Assembly (NCBI GenBank): GCA_016784165.1
Contig: JADHVD010000002.1
Coordinates: 6,045 to 70,044 of the forward strand
DNA from: Candidatus Woesearchaeota archaeon
Lineage (GTDB): Archaea > Nanobdellota > Nanobdellia > Woesearchaeales > BS150m-G63
Reading direction: 5' to 3'
Length of the DNA stretch: 64,000 bases
Both the position numbers and the translations under genes were made by a program. Below the pieces are notes generated by a model. The model worked only from the letters and a program-made list of their open reading frames with translations. It searched no databases and was not told the origin of the DNA. Of this stretch, positions 10,262 to 20,837 are shown piece by piece (position 1 is the first letter of the stretch; each line of letters starts with the position of its first letter).

Positions 10262-11404
10262 TTAGTCTCTTCCTAATATTATTGAAAAAGTCTTTTTAAT
10301 TTTTTTTACAGTATCTCCCCATAGATAATTTTCTAGAATCGTGTTTCTCGCATTATTACCAACTAATATTCTTAATTTTTTATCAAGAATCAATACCTCT
10401 AATTTTTTTGAAAGAGTATAATGATTTCTTCTGGGAAAATGAAATCCATTATAGTTTTCATCAATGTAATTTTTCATGTGGCCAATAGGTGTTGCTATTA
10501 CAGGTAATCCTGTTGCCATTGCTTCCATTGTTGCTAAAGAACTTGTTTCTGTTAAACTTGGCATTACATAAATGTCCATTGCATGAAGGTAATCAATAAC
10601 ATTGTCCTTGGGTCCTGTCAAGATTACATTACTTTTGGTTTTAAGATACTCTTTTATTTTTTGGATTCCTTCCCCAACTATTAATAATTTGACATTATGT
10701 TTTTTATGGATTCTTAAGAATGCCCTATAAAGAGTAAATAAATCTTTTTCCCTGCCTATCCTTCCGGTAAATCCGATTATTGTTGAATTTGGTAAACCCA
10801 ACTTCTTTTTAGACCCTAATTTATCTAATGATGGCCCAAATTTTAGTGTATCTATACCTAAATGCACCACTGCTTTTTTTGATTTTATTTTTTGCCAAGA
10901 AAGAATTTCTGCTGTATCTAAAGAAGGAACCATTAAAAGATCACATCTATTATATAAAAATCTTGAAATCCATTTAGTTATAATAAATGCTAATTTTTTA
11001 GTTACTGGACCTCTACCAAGACTTTTTGAAACTAATTCTGATTCTATTGAGTGAATATAAGCTATAAGTGGTTTTTTATATAGTTTTGAAAGGATGATTG
11101 CTGATGAACCTATGGGGCCTATAGATTGTGTCCAAATCAAATCTGCATCTTTTATATGTTTTTTTAAAGCAAAAAAACTTGGCCTACTTGGTTGGTAATC
11201 TCCCAAATAAAAATTATGTGTTTTTATTCTTATTAATTTTACATCTTTTGGTTTTTTAAATTTACCCTTGAATTTTGGTGCTACAACAGTCACAGAATAT
11301 TCTTTTGTTAATTCTGGAAGTATTTGTGAAAGAAATCTTGCTATCCCATCCCATCTAGGAAGGAAATTATCTGTTGCAATCAGTAACCTCTTTTTTTGAA
11401 TCAT
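10262..11404 (-). CDS. Glycosyltransferase family 4
   Basis: TDNFLPRWDG, GRIGREK, PSLTETSSLATMEAMATGLPV. Confidence 0.9.
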   Translation of the reverse strand: MIQKKRLLIATDNFLPRWDGIARFLSQILPELTKEYSVTVVAPKFKGKFKKPKDVKLIRIKTHNFYLGDYQPSRPSFFALKKHIKDADLIWTQSIGPIGSSAIILSKLYKKPLIAYIHSIESELVSKSLGRGPVTKKLAFIITKWISRFLYNRCDLLMVPSLDTAEILSWQKIKSKKAVVHLGIDTLKFGPSLDKLGSKKKLGLPNSTIIGFTGRIGREKDLFTLYRAFLRIHKKHNVKLLIVGEGIQKIKEYLKTKSNVILTGPKDNVIDYLHAMDIYVMPSLTETSSLATMEAMATGLPVIATPIGHMKNYIDENYNGFHFPRRNHYTLSKKLEVLILDKKLRILVGNNARNTILENYLWGDTVKKIKKTFSIILGRD

Positions 11405-11405
11405 T

Positions 11406-12050
11406 TTATCTTATTTTATAAAACACCTCTGCATATTTACAATGGTGCTTTAATCCAAAATTCATTGCTTTAAAATAAACACCCCACATTAACGAGAGCA
11501 TTGACATTTTTTGACTCTTAAAACATTTTAATGCTTTAATTTTGGTTTTGAATGTATCAGATACATCAACTATTAGTTTAGGAGCACTTGTTCTTTTTAT
11601 ATTTAATGGATTCCAGACATCAAAAGTGTATACATCACAATGAAATCTCATAGAATCAAGTGCTTTTAACACCAATCTTTTTGTTGATTTGTGATCCGGA
11701 TGTGGATCTGCTGTTGTATGCGTAAATATTTTTATTGGCTTATATTTTTTGATTAACTCCTTTATTTTTTTATGAAGATTATGCTCTTTTGCTTCTTTTT
11801 GAAAATTTCCTTCAGTCAATCCAAAAAAAATAGTTTCTGTTGAACCAATTAATTTATCTGCTTTAAGAGTCTCTTCTACTCTCATTTTAATAGTGAACTT
11901 ACTTTTGAACCAAGGATGGCTACTTTCACCATAAGAAAATATAATTGTGATTATCTTTATTCCTTGTTTAGCATATTTTGCCACTGTTCCACCAGTTCCA
12001 AAAATCTGATCATCAGGATGTGCTCCAAAAACAAGTATTGTATCAACCAT
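11406..12050 (-). CDS. PIG-L/LmbE family N-acetylglucosaminyl deacetylase
   Basis: AHPDD, GGT, HPDH motifs. Confidence 0.9.
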   Translation of the reverse strand: MVDTILVFGAHPDDQIFGTGGTVAKYAKQGIKIITIIFSYGESSHPWFKSKFTIKMRVEETLKADKLIGSTETIFFGLTEGNFQKEAKEHNLHKKIKELIKKYKPIKIFTHTTADPHPDHKSTKRLVLKALDSMRFHCDVYTFDVWNPLNIKRTSAPKLIVDVSDTFKTKIKALKCFKSQKMSMLSLMWGVYFKAMNFGLKHHCKYAEVFYKIR

Positions 12051-12098
12051 AATAAGAAAATATTATTAAGTATTAATTAAGTTTTCTATTAATTAATT

Positions 12099-13295
12099 TT
12101 ATTTATCTTCATTATCTAATTTATGATTTTCATAGAAAGAAGATAGTTTATTAGAATAATACTCCATAATTTTTTTATTTTTTATTTTTATTGTTATTTG
12201 ACCATTAAATAATAATTCTCTTTCATGCAGTCTTAATAGGAAATCACCCATACCCTCTTTTGCTTTTAATAATTTAGGACTATACGAATCGTACAACCTA
12301 ACACATATTTCATTCACCCTTTTACGTAAATTTTTGAGATAAATTGTATCTGTTTTTGATGATTCTAAACAATGAGCTATTGCAGAATAATAGATGTCTT
12401 GTTGGAGGATGGGGATTGTTTTACTTAATTCTTGTTTTAAATATTTTGATAAATCTTTTACAGCCTTACCTAAATGTCCTTGTAAATCAAGATTATCATT
12501 AAAAAAATCATTCAAGCTTATTGATTTTCCAATATGCATATAATTTACAATTTTATCTTTTCTGAAATCAAAAAAATCTTTAATTAAATTAATTTTTTCT
12601 GCGTTTGATTTTTTATTTTTTGAGAAACGAACATCCTCTGGAACTCGAGAATATGCCAACCCTATAGGTACAAATAAAATATCGTCTATATTTTGAGAAT
12701 TTTTATTTTCAAAATATGTTTTCAAAATAAATTTAGTCATCCCCCTTTTGAAATTACCTAAATTACCATCCCTAGAACGTGTTCCTTCTGGAAAATACAA
12801 TAATGATTGCCCTTCCTCTAAATTTGTTTTAATATATGCTTGAAGAATATTAAAATAATCCCCATCTTGTTTTGAACGTTTTAGTTTAAATGCTCCAAAA
12901 GATTTGAAAATAGAATCTATTATTTTATTAACAAATAAATTATCTCCTGCAGCCATTATTGGGTAAGGGAACTTATTATTATAAAGTTCTGTTCCTAATA
13001 TTAAAGAATCTAAATTTGAAAGGTGATTGGGTATATAGATTATGGGTTTTTTTGGATTTGAAAGAATCAATGGACTTGGATCTATATCCATAGTTACATA
13101 AGTTTTTAATGAAGGGAGAATGAGTTTATACGCATGGGAAATTATTTTTAATGCTGGTTGTTTTGTTCTTGCTGCAAAGTCGTTTAATTCTTCTTTTTGT
13201 AAAAATGATTTTTCTATTGTAACAGTCTCCCCTCTAGATAATTGTTTTTCTTTGTAATTGATGAGTGTTTTGTTTAGTATTTTTCTCAGTTCCAT
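12099..13295 (-). CDS. Glycerol-3-phosphate/DHAP acyltransferase (PlsB/PlsC superfamily)
   Basis: NHLSNLD (HxxxxD), AAGDNL, GAFxLKR, FPEGTRSRDG, VPIGLAY; start at MELRK. Confidence 0.85.
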   Translation of the reverse strand: MELRKILNKTLINYKEKQLSRGETVTIEKSFLQKEELNDFAARTKQPALKIISHAYKLILPSLKTYVTMDIDPSPLILSNPKKPIIYIPNHLSNLDSLILGTELYNNKFPYPIMAAGDNLFVNKIIDSIFKSFGAFKLKRSKQDGDYFNILQAYIKTNLEEGQSLLYFPEGTRSRDGNLGNFKRGMTKFILKTYFENKNSQNIDDILFVPIGLAYSRVPEDVRFSKNKKSNAEKINLIKDFFDFRKDKIVNYMHIGKSISLNDFFNDNLDLQGHLGKAVKDLSKYLKQELSKTIPILQQDIYYSAIAHCLESSKTDTIYLKNLRKRVNEICVRLYDSYSPKLLKAKEGMGDFLLRLHERELLFNGQITIKIKNKKIMEYYSNKLSSFYENHKLDNEDK

Positions 13296-13330
13296 TTTAG
13301 AATCAATAAAATAATAATAATTTACAATAA

Positions 13331-13357
13331 TAAATGCGCCGACCAAGATTTGGAACC
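13331..13357 (-). repeat. Direct repeat of tRNA-Gly 3' end (att-like), 140 bp downstream of the intact tRNA end
   Basis: taaatgcgccgacc at 13331 and 13471 identical, followed by degenerate T-arm gatttggaacc vs gatttgaaccc. Confidence 0.8.
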
Positions 13358-13474
13358 TACGTTTTCCGTAGTAGCTCCGGAAATTAGTAGGAGATGTTCG
13401 CTTTGCTCAATCTCCTTCCATGGTATACCCTTTAATCGATTACTTTGATTGAAAAGTACTGTGAATGATCTAAA

Positions 13475-13546
13475 TGCGCCGACCGGGATTTGAACCCGGA
13501 TCGTCGGCTTGGAAGGCCGAAATCATAGCCATTAGACCATCGGCGC
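13475..13546 (-). tRNA. tRNA-Gly (TCC)
   Basis: Cloverleaf GCGCCGA...TCGGC-CTTCCAA-GCCGA...GGTTCAAATCC...TCGGCGC-A. Confidence 0.97.
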
Positions 13547-13566
13547 AAAAATGCCAGATTAACTAA

Positions 13567-14604
13567 TTAAATCAGTTCCTTTATATTATTTACGAATTTT
13601 TTAAAGTCTTTTGTTTTTATACAAGCTCCACAAGCATACTCATGTCCACCACCATATCCTTCTACTCCTTCTAGTGCTTTTTTGAGTATTTGTGCAACTT
13701 TTATATTAGATGCACGTAAACTACATTTCATCTCATCAAACCGTTCTCTAGCTATTATTATTAATTTATCTGGATATTTGTAAAGTAATTCATTACTTAA
13801 TTCTGAAGTAAATGAAGTTTTATCTGTATCATAAGTATACAAGAGTACTTTACTTTTTGTTGCTTTTACACCTGAAATAATTTCCTGATACTCTTTGTTT
13901 ATTTTTTGATATCTCTTATAGATATATTTTCCTTGAGATGTAGTTTGTTCTAAAATTTCTTCTGGATGTTTTATTCTTGTTAATATTTTAACACTGGTTA
14001 GAGCATCTGAAGTTTTTCCTTTGAGAAGAAAATTAAACATTCTTGCTAATTCCCCTACTTTAGTTTCAAAAAGAATCTTTTCTGGTGTTTTGTTATTTTT
14101 TTCGAGATATTTTTTAGGAAGTAATTTTGGATATTTTTTTGCGAATTTATTAATATGGGGCGGCACAAACCAATCACCTATACAACCAACTGTTGCTAAC
14201 CATAAATCTTGATCAGCTATTTGATATGCCCAAAAAGTTGTAGGTCTTGAATCTTGATCATTTTTGATTCTTGGATTGAAATATTTTACCTTGTATCTTT
14301 TTATTGGCTCATGATGATCCAGCCAAATAACCGGCGTATTTATTTGATTGAGGAAATCTTGACTCACCATTGGTTTGTCAAGTATAAAAATTATGTCTGG
14401 AGAATAACTTTTTACATGTTTTACATAAGCATCAGTCATTTCTGGGGCTGTTTTTATGATTACCCCTTTTCCTTCTTTGAGTAATCTATAGAGTAATAAA
14501 AAAGAAGATAATCCGTCTGCATCATCATCAAAGAAAAAAAGTGGCCTTACAGCTGATTCAAGTTGTTCTCTCATGTAATCTATGTCTTTTTGTAGTATTG
14601 CCAT
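13567..14604 (-). CDS. DHH/DHHA1 phosphoesterase (RecJ/NrnA-like)
   Basis: DDDADG, LDHH, GGGHEYACG. Confidence 0.9.
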   Translation of the reverse strand: MAILQKDIDYMREQLESAVRPLFFFDDDADGLSSFLLLYRLLKEGKGVIIKTAPEMTDAYVKHVKSYSPDIIFILDKPMVSQDFLNQINTPVIWLDHHEPIKRYKVKYFNPRIKNDQDSRPTTFWAYQIADQDLWLATVGCIGDWFVPPHINKFAKKYPKLLPKKYLEKNNKTPEKILFETKVGELARMFNFLLKGKTSDALTSVKILTRIKHPEEILEQTTSQGKYIYKRYQKINKEYQEIISGVKATKSKVLLYTYDTDKTSFTSELSNELLYKYPDKLIIIARERFDEMKCSLRASNIKVAQILKKALEGVEGYGGGHEYACGACIKTKDFKKFVNNIKELI

Positions 14605-14717
14605 GTTTAATTATTGTTATGATGAGTTATATAAAAGGTTTTAGTTTTTTCGAGTTTATAGAAAATTATAAATAATAATGGTGGCTTTGTCTATAAAAAA
14701 GATAGGTGGTGAACTTA

Positions 14718-16670
14718 ATGATCGAATATACAATTGGAATAATTGCAGTTATTGCATTAATATTTGGATGGAAATTATCTTCAAATATTAATAAAATTAA
14801 ATTAAAAAATAAAAAGGTAAAGGAGCTTTGCGAGATAATTCACAAAGGTTCTATGACATTTCTAAATAGGGTGTATAAAATATTGATATTTTTTGTGATC
14901 ATTGTTGCACTTATATTATATTATTTGATAAGTTGGCAAATGGCTATGACTTTTGTTGTTGGTGCAGTATTTTCTGCTATCGCAGGAAACATGGGAATGA
15001 GAGTTGCTACTTCCGCAAATGCAAGAACTGCTATTGCATGCAAACATAGTTTAAAAAAAGGGTTGAGGATTGCTTTTTCAAGTGGTACTGTAATGGGTAT
15101 GTGTGTTACAGGACTTGGATTAATTGGTGTTTTGATATTCTATTTAATTTTTAAAGATCCAAATATAATTTTTGGATTTGGATTTGGAGCTTCTAGTATT
15201 GCACTATTTGCAAGAGTTGGTGGTGGGATATATACTAAAGCTGCTGATGTTGGTGCTGATTTAGTTGGTAAACTCGAAAAAGGAATTCCAGAAGATGATC
15301 CTAGAAATCCTGCTGTTATTGCAGATAATGTAGGAGATAATGTGGGTGATGTTGCTGGAATGGGTGCTGATTTGTTTGAGAGTTATGTTGATAGTATTAT
15401 CGCTGCAATGGTGTTGGGTGTTTTAGTGTTTGGTGCTCTGGGTGCTATAATTCCTTTAGGATTAGCTGCAGCAGGTATTGTTGCTTCTATACTAGGAACT
15501 TTTTTTGTAAATGTTAAGGGGAAAGGAAAACCAAGTAATGCGCTAAATAAAGGAGTGTTTGGAAGTTCAATAATTATGGCAGTACTAGGGTTCTTTTTTA
15601 TTTGGTTTATGACTAAAGATGTTAGTCTTTTTTATGCTACTTTAGCAGGATTGGTTGCTGGAGTTTTGGTTGGATTATCAACTGAATATTACACTTCTGC
15701 GGAAAGGAAACCTGTAAGAAGTATTGCTGAATCTGCTAGAACTGGTGCAGGCACTAATATAATTAGTGGATTAGCTGTTGGAATGAACAGCACAGTAATT
15801 CCTGTTTTATCTGTTTGTACAGCAATATTAGTTTCATATCACTTTGCAGGATTGTATGGGATTGCTATCGCTGCCGTAGGTATGTTAAGCACTTTAGGAA
15901 TCACTTTAGCTACAGATACTTATGGTCCTGTTGCTGATAATGCTGCAGGTATAGCAGAAATGGCAGGGTTAGGAAAAACTGCTAGAAAAAGAGCTGAATC
16001 TTTAGATGCTGTTGGAAACACAACTGCTGCTATGGGAAAGGGATTTGCTATTGGTTCTGCCGCATTAACTGCATTGGCTTTATTTGCTAGCTATACTCAG
16101 ATTACTAAATTAACTGTTATTAATATTACAAATCCATTTGTTATGGTTGGATTATTTATTGGTGGGATGTTGCCTTTCTTGTTTTCTGCTTTAACAATGC
16201 GTGCTGTAGGTGATGCTGCCCAACATATGGTTACAGAGGTAAGGAGACAATTTAAAGAGATTAAAGGAATTATGAAAGGTAAAGCAAAACCAGATTATAT
16301 GAGGTGTGTGGATATCAGTACAAAAGCTGCTTTAAGACACATGATTGTGCCAGGTTTAATAGCTATAATTTCACCAATAATTATGGGTGTGCTACTGGGA
16401 GTAGAAGCATTAGGAGGTTTACTTGCAGGAGCTCTTGTAAGTGGATTCTTATTAGCAGTATTCATGGCTAATTCGGGCGGTGCTTGGGATAATGCTAAGA
16501 AGTATGTAGAGAAAGGTAACCTAGGGGGGAAAGGAAGTGAAGTACATAAAGCTACCATTATAGGTGACACTGTAGGAGACCCATTTAAAGACACTTCAGG
16601 TCCAAGTTTGAATATACTTATTAAATTAATGAGTATTGTTGCTTTAGTGTTCGTGCCTTTATTTTTGTAA
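14718..16670 (+). CDS. hppA: Membrane-bound ion-translocating pyrophosphatase, K+-dependent type (probably Na+)
   Basis: [33 protein letters not shown] (Ala at the K+-dependence site), [10 protein letters not shown]. Confidence 0.95.
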   Translation: MIEYTIGIIAVIALIFGWKLSSNINKIKLKNKKVKELCEIIHKGSMTFLNRVYKILIFFVIIVALILYYLISWQMAMTFVVGAVFSAIAGNMGMRVATSANARTAIACKHSLKKGLRIAFSSGTVMGMCVTGLGLIGVLIFYLIFKDPNIIFGFGFGASSIALFARVGGGIYTKAADVGADLVGKLEKGIPEDDPRNPAVIADNVGDNVGDVAGMGADLFESYVDSIIAAMVLGVLVFGALGAIIPLGLAAAGIVASILGTFFVNVKGKGKPSNALNKGVFGSSIIMAVLGFFFIWFMTKDVSLFYATLAGLVAGVLVGLSTEYYTSAERKPVRSIAESARTGAGTNIISGLAVGMNSTVIPVLSVCTAILVSYHFAGLYGIAIAAVGMLSTLGITLATDTYGPVADNAAGIAEMAGLGKTARKRAESLDAVGNTTAAMGKGFAIGSAALTALALFASYTQITKLTVINITNPFVMVGLFIGGMLPFLFSALTMRAVGDAAQHMVTEVRRQFKEIKGIMKGKAKPDYMRCVDISTKAALRHMIVPGLIAIISPIIMGVLLGVEALGGLLAGALVSGFLLAVFMANSGGAWDNAKKYVEKGNLGGKGSEVHKATIIGDTVGDPFKDTSGPSLNILIKLMSIVALVFVPLFL

Positions 16671-16692
16671 GATTTTTTTCTTTTTTAATTTT

Positions 16693-16724
16693 TTATTTCA
16701 TTATTTCATTATTTCATTCTTTCA
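16693..16724. repeat. Short tandem repeat (ttatttca)x4, last copy imperfect
   Basis: ttatttca ttatttca ttatttca ttctttca in the T-rich terminator region after hppA. Confidence 0.7.
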
Positions 16725-16814
16725 TTTTATTTTTCTATTATGCCCTTTCTTTTGTTACTTATTAGTAGTTAAATAATAGAAAGATTTATAAAGGGTTATT
16801 GGCTATTTACCTCT

Positions 16815-17774
16815 ATGAATCAAGATAAGTATATTCAAATTATAAGGCGTGATAAAAAGGGGAATATCACTGCTAATTATGTTAAGAGAAATAGCGCTAA
16901 ATCAAATAGATTGAAAAAGGCTGTTATGGGTGGTTTAGCTTTAGCTGTACTAGCAGCAGGCATTAGTACACTTAAAGGAAGTAAACATTACCCTATTGAA
17001 AATAAGCCCATTATAGAAAATATAATTGAACAAAATTATAAACCAACCTCAAACAATTCTATTGAATCTTCACTTGAATCTGCTATTGAAAGAAATAGGG
17101 ATAGACTTACAAATAACCTTTATAATAAAAGAAGTATTGGAAATTCTTTTTCTGAATTATCTAAATATGATGATTATTTAACTAAAGCTAGTAATGAAAC
17201 AAATATAGATAAAAATTTATTGTACGCTATTTTTGCAGCAGAATCAAAAGGAAAATTAAGGGCAAATTCCCATAAGGGTGCAAAAGGTCCTGCTCAATTA
17301 ATGAAAGGTACCGCAAAAGAAATGGGATTAAAAATAGACGATGTTATTGATGAGAGATATGATCCTGAAAAGGCTTTTGTTGCTGGTGCAAAATATTTAA
17401 AAAAATATAATCAATTTAATGAAGACCACCTTATATTAATATCATATAATTATGGTCCAACAGTAACTAATAAAATGGTTAAAAAGTATGGTAAAAGTTG
17501 GGATAATTTGAAAAGCCACCTTCCTAATGAAACTAGAAATTATGTAATTAAAGTTTTAAGTAGAAAACAATTATTGGATGATGGGTTCTATTTTGATAAA
17601 AAAATATTGTTTTCTGAAATATTGGGAAATACTAATGATTGTATAATTGAAAAAGGAGACACAATTAATAAAATCTCTAGGGAAAAAGGTAAAAGCGTTA
17701 AAGAAATAAAAGAGAATAACCCACATATAAGAAATTATAATAAAATAAAGCCTGGAATGGTATTAAAGGTATAA
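16815..17774 (+). CDS. Lytic transglycosylase (SLT/GH23) with C-terminal LysM domain and N-terminal membrane anchor
   Basis: AES catalytic Glu, GAKGPAQLM, GAKYL, SYNYG, ETRNYV; LysM IEKGDTINKIS...NP...IKPGMVLKV. Confidence 0.92.
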   Translation: MNQDKYIQIIRRDKKGNITANYVKRNSAKSNRLKKAVMGGLALAVLAAGISTLKGSKHYPIENKPIIENIIEQNYKPTSNNSIESSLESAIERNRDRLTNNLYNKRSIGNSFSELSKYDDYLTKASNETNIDKNLLYAIFAAESKGKLRANSHKGAKGPAQLMKGTAKEMGLKIDDVIDERYDPEKAFVAGAKYLKKYNQFNEDHLILISYNYGPTVTNKMVKKYGKSWDNLKSHLPNETRNYVIKVLSRKQLLDDGFYFDKKILFSEILGNTNDCIIEKGDTINKISREKGKSVKEIKENNPHIRNYNKIKPGMVLKV

Positions 17775-17776
17775 AA

Positions 17777-18142
17777 ATGGATAAAAAGGTAATTATTGCT
17801 GATGATTTTGAGAATGTTAGGAAATCTTATTGTAAAATGATAAACAACTATTTTCCTGATACTAAAATTGATGAAGTTGAGGACGGCGATCTATTGGTTG
17901 AGAAGGTTAAGAACAATTGTGATTATGATTTGATAATCACAGACCAGAATATGCCTAAAATGAGTGGATTGAAAGCCATTGAAGAGATAAGAAAATTTGA
18001 TAAAAAAACACCTATTTATATGATAAGTTTTGAACCAGCATATGAAAATTTTGCTATTGCTAAAGGTGCAAATGGGTTTATAGATAAAACCAATTCTTAT
18101 ACTGAATTACCCAAATTAATTGAAAAATATCTAAAAGAGTAA
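17777..18142 (+). CDS. Stand-alone response regulator receiver domain (CheY-like)
   Basis: IADD, D-phosphoacceptor in ITDQNMPKMSG, S, GANGFIDK. Confidence 0.9.
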   Translation: MDKKVIIADDFENVRKSYCKMINNYFPDTKIDEVEDGDLLVEKVKNNCDYDLIITDQNMPKMSGLKAIEEIRKFDKKTPIYMISFEPAYENFAIAKGANGFIDKTNSYTELPKLIEKYLKE

Positions 18143-18196
18143 TCCACTGGACATATATGCGTAAGTTTTTTTAATAACTAATTCTTATCGTACTTT

Positions 18197-19405
18197 ATGA
18201 AGTGTTTAATGTGTAAAACTGTGGGGGTATTTGAAAGAGGGTTATGTGCTAGCTGTGCAAAGAAAGAAATTTTTAATAAAGTGAGAAATTTTAAAAAAGA
18301 TTTTTTTGGTTCTGTTCCTAGCCCCTTTATTGGGCATTATAATTATCCCAACATTAATGTAGGTATTTTGAGTTTACAAGATATTAGAAAAGATGCTAGT
18401 AGTTTTGATGCTCCAAGTGAATGGGCTACACTAAATAAAGGAGTTTATGATATTCTTGATTATCGGAGTGCTTTAGTTAATGCCAGAAAAAAATCCAATG
18501 TTTATAAAATTGAAGATATCACTCGTTTAGTTGGTATTGCTACAAAACCCGTCGAGATGGAAATTGATTTAAAGAAAAAACCACGTTTCGGATTAAATTT
18601 TAATTCTGAAGCATCTCCTTATGGCCCTAATGTAGAGGTTAAAAAAGCAAAAATAACTGAAAATGTTAAAATAGCTAGGGCTGTTGAAAAAGTAAATGAC
18701 GATATTGATTTAAAATCAAATAATGCTTTAAGTTATCTTTATAAAAAAGGGTTTGATGAAAATTTTTTATCAAAATTATTGAGTGTTGGTTCTGTAGGGA
18801 TAGGGAAGGACAGAAGACTCGTACCAACAAGGTGGAGTATAACTGCAGTAGATGATTCAATGTCTAAACAAATGATTAATGAATTAAAAGATTTTAATGA
18901 AATTAATTATGATCTCTATTTTGGAGGATATTTAGGCAACTATTACCTTGTGTGTTTTTTTCCAGGTGAGTGGAGTTTTGAATTATTTGAAAGTTATGTT
19001 GAAAAAAAAGTAAATCAGTGGTCTAAAAGTAATTTAAGATATGCAACCGATTATGAAAATGTTTTTGGGAGAAAAGAATACGCAAAAGAGACTGCCGGCG
19101 GATATTATGCTGCAAGACTTCCAGTTTCTGAAAAATTGAAGAGTTTGAAAAGAAAAGGAAGTGTTTTAGTGTTTAGGTTTATTACTGAAGAATACACTGT
19201 ACCATTAGGGGTTTGGGTTGTTAGGGAATCAATAAGAAAAGCATTAAAAAATAAACCATTAAATTTTGGAAACAAAGAGTTGATGTTAAAATATGCTAAG
19301 ATATTTGTTAAGAAAAAATTTGGTGTTGAGATTGACGAAATGATTCGGAAAAGTATTTTGTTAAAAGAACTTAAAACACAAAAAAGATTATTGGCTTTTG
19401 TTTAA
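18197..19405 (+). CDS. nreA: Nre-family DNA repair protein
   Basis: N-terminal CxxC..CxxC, FIGHYNYP, LVPTRWSITAVD, GGYYAARL, PLGVWVVRE, C-terminal PIP-like QKRLLAF. Confidence 0.88.
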   Translation: MKCLMCKTVGVFERGLCASCAKKEIFNKVRNFKKDFFGSVPSPFIGHYNYPNINVGILSLQDIRKDASSFDAPSEWATLNKGVYDILDYRSALVNARKKSNVYKIEDITRLVGIATKPVEMEIDLKKKPRFGLNFNSEASPYGPNVEVKKAKITENVKIARAVEKVNDDIDLKSNNALSYLYKKGFDENFLSKLLSVGSVGIGKDRRLVPTRWSITAVDDSMSKQMINELKDFNEINYDLYFGGYLGNYYLVCFFPGEWSFELFESYVEKKVNQWSKSNLRYATDYENVFGRKEYAKETAGGYYAARLPVSEKLKSLKRKGSVLVFRFITEEYTVPLGVWVVRESIRKALKNKPLNFGNKELMLKYAKIFVKKKFGVEIDEMIRKSILLKELKTQKRLLAFV

Positions 19406-20751
19406 GTATTATTTTTATCTATTTTTTTCAATATTCCTTTTGCAGCTATTATACCTGTTGCAGCGGCCCCCACAATATTTCCAGCCACCCCCACACCATC
19501 TCCAGCTACAAAAAAGTTATTCATAGATGTTTCTAGATTTTTATCTGTTTCTAATTGAGTTGAGAAAAATTTGATTTCTGGCCCATAAAGAAGAGTTGAA
19601 TCTGAAGCGATTCCAGGTATCACTTTGTTTAATTTTGTTAGGCCTTCAACAAGATTAAATATAATCCTGCTTGGAAGGGCCATTGCTAAATCTCCAGGAG
19701 TTACCTCTTTTAGCGTGGGTGTGATATGGCTTTTTTCAATTCTTTTCCATGTCGAACGTCTGCATTTTTTTAAGTCTTTAAATCTTTGAACTATTGGTTT
19801 CCCCCCTCCAATTGTTGTTGCTAAATGAGCTATAGAATTTCCATATTTGATTGTGTTATCGACTGGTTCTGTTAGATTTACTGTAGATAGTAATGCAAAA
19901 TTAGTGTTTCTTGAGCGTTTATCTTTCATACAATGGCCATTGACGCATACAAAACCATCATAAGTTTCTTTTGCTACAAATCCTCCAGGGTTTGTACAAA
20001 AAGTTCTTACAAAATCGTCATATTTATCTGTATAGATAAAAAAAGTTGGATCCCAAACCACATCAGTTATCTTTTCCATAATAGAATAAGGCACTTCTAC
20101 CCTTACACCTACTTCAATACTTCTGTAAGTAAAAGGGATATTCAATTTTGATGCTAAATTTGTTGCCCAATGTGCTCCAATCCTTCCAGGTGCAAGAATC
20201 AAATATTTTGCTTGTATCTCTCCTTTTGCTGTTTCTATTGCTTCAAAATGATTATTCTTTTTGATTATATTTGTCACTTCTGTTTCTAATAAAAAATCAA
20301 CTCCTTGTTTTTTTAAATGTTTTTGAAATTTTTGGATTATTCCAGGAAGTCTATCTGAACCAATGTGTTTTTGTTTTATCACTAAAAAATCCATATCTGC
20401 TTTTTTTGCTTTTGCAACTATTTCCTTCATTTCTGGAGTGCTTTTAGGGTAAAAATCTTTTGGAACTCCAAAACTCATGAATATTTGATCAATATAATCT
20501 ATCAGTGCTTGGGCCTTTTCTTTTGAAAGAAATTGATATAGATTCGTTTTTCCTAGTTTGGGGATAAGATTTAGTTTTCCATCTGAGAACAATCCAGCTC
20601 CACCAATTCCACACATAACTTCATTCCTAGGTCTATCTTTAATGGCTTTACCTTTGTCTACCACCAAAATTTTCAGTTTTTTCTTACTCAGTTCGTATGC
20701 TGCGAATAGGCCGGCCGGACCACCACCTATGATAATTACATCATACCTCAT
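19402..20751 (-). CDS. FAD-dependent oxidoreductase
   Basis: GGGPAG, GGAGLFSDGKL, HIGSD, VRTFCTNPGG, GDG. Confidence 0.88.
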   Translation of the reverse strand: MRYDVIIIGGGPAGLFAAYELSKKKLKILVVDKGKAIKDRPRNEVMCGIGGAGLFSDGKLNLIPKLGKTNLYQFLSKEKAQALIDYIDQIFMSFGVPKDFYPKSTPEMKEIVAKAKKADMDFLVIKQKHIGSDRLPGIIQKFQKHLKKQGVDFLLETEVTNIIKKNNHFEAIETAKGEIQAKYLILAPGRIGAHWATNLASKLNIPFTYRSIEVGVRVEVPYSIMEKITDVVWDPTFFIYTDKYDDFVRTFCTNPGGFVAKETYDGFVCVNGHCMKDKRSRNTNFALLSTVNLTEPVDNTIKYGNSIAHLATTIGGGKPIVQRFKDLKKCRRSTWKRIEKSHITPTLKEVTPGDLAMALPSRIIFNLVEGLTKLNKVIPGIASDSTLLYGPEIKFFSTQLETDKNLETSMNNFFVAGDGVGVAGNIVGAAATGIIAAKGILKKIDKNNT

Positions 20752-20837
20752 TTTTATCCCCCACAAACTTAAGAATATTTATTTTATATAAATAATGGTA
20801 TAAATATGTTTCTTTTTTGGATAATGTGAAAAAAAAG

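Noticed and set aside
13331-13546. Integrated provirus or genomic island at tRNA-Gly
   Set aside because: The repeats enclose only 140 bp and no integrase or viral gene is present
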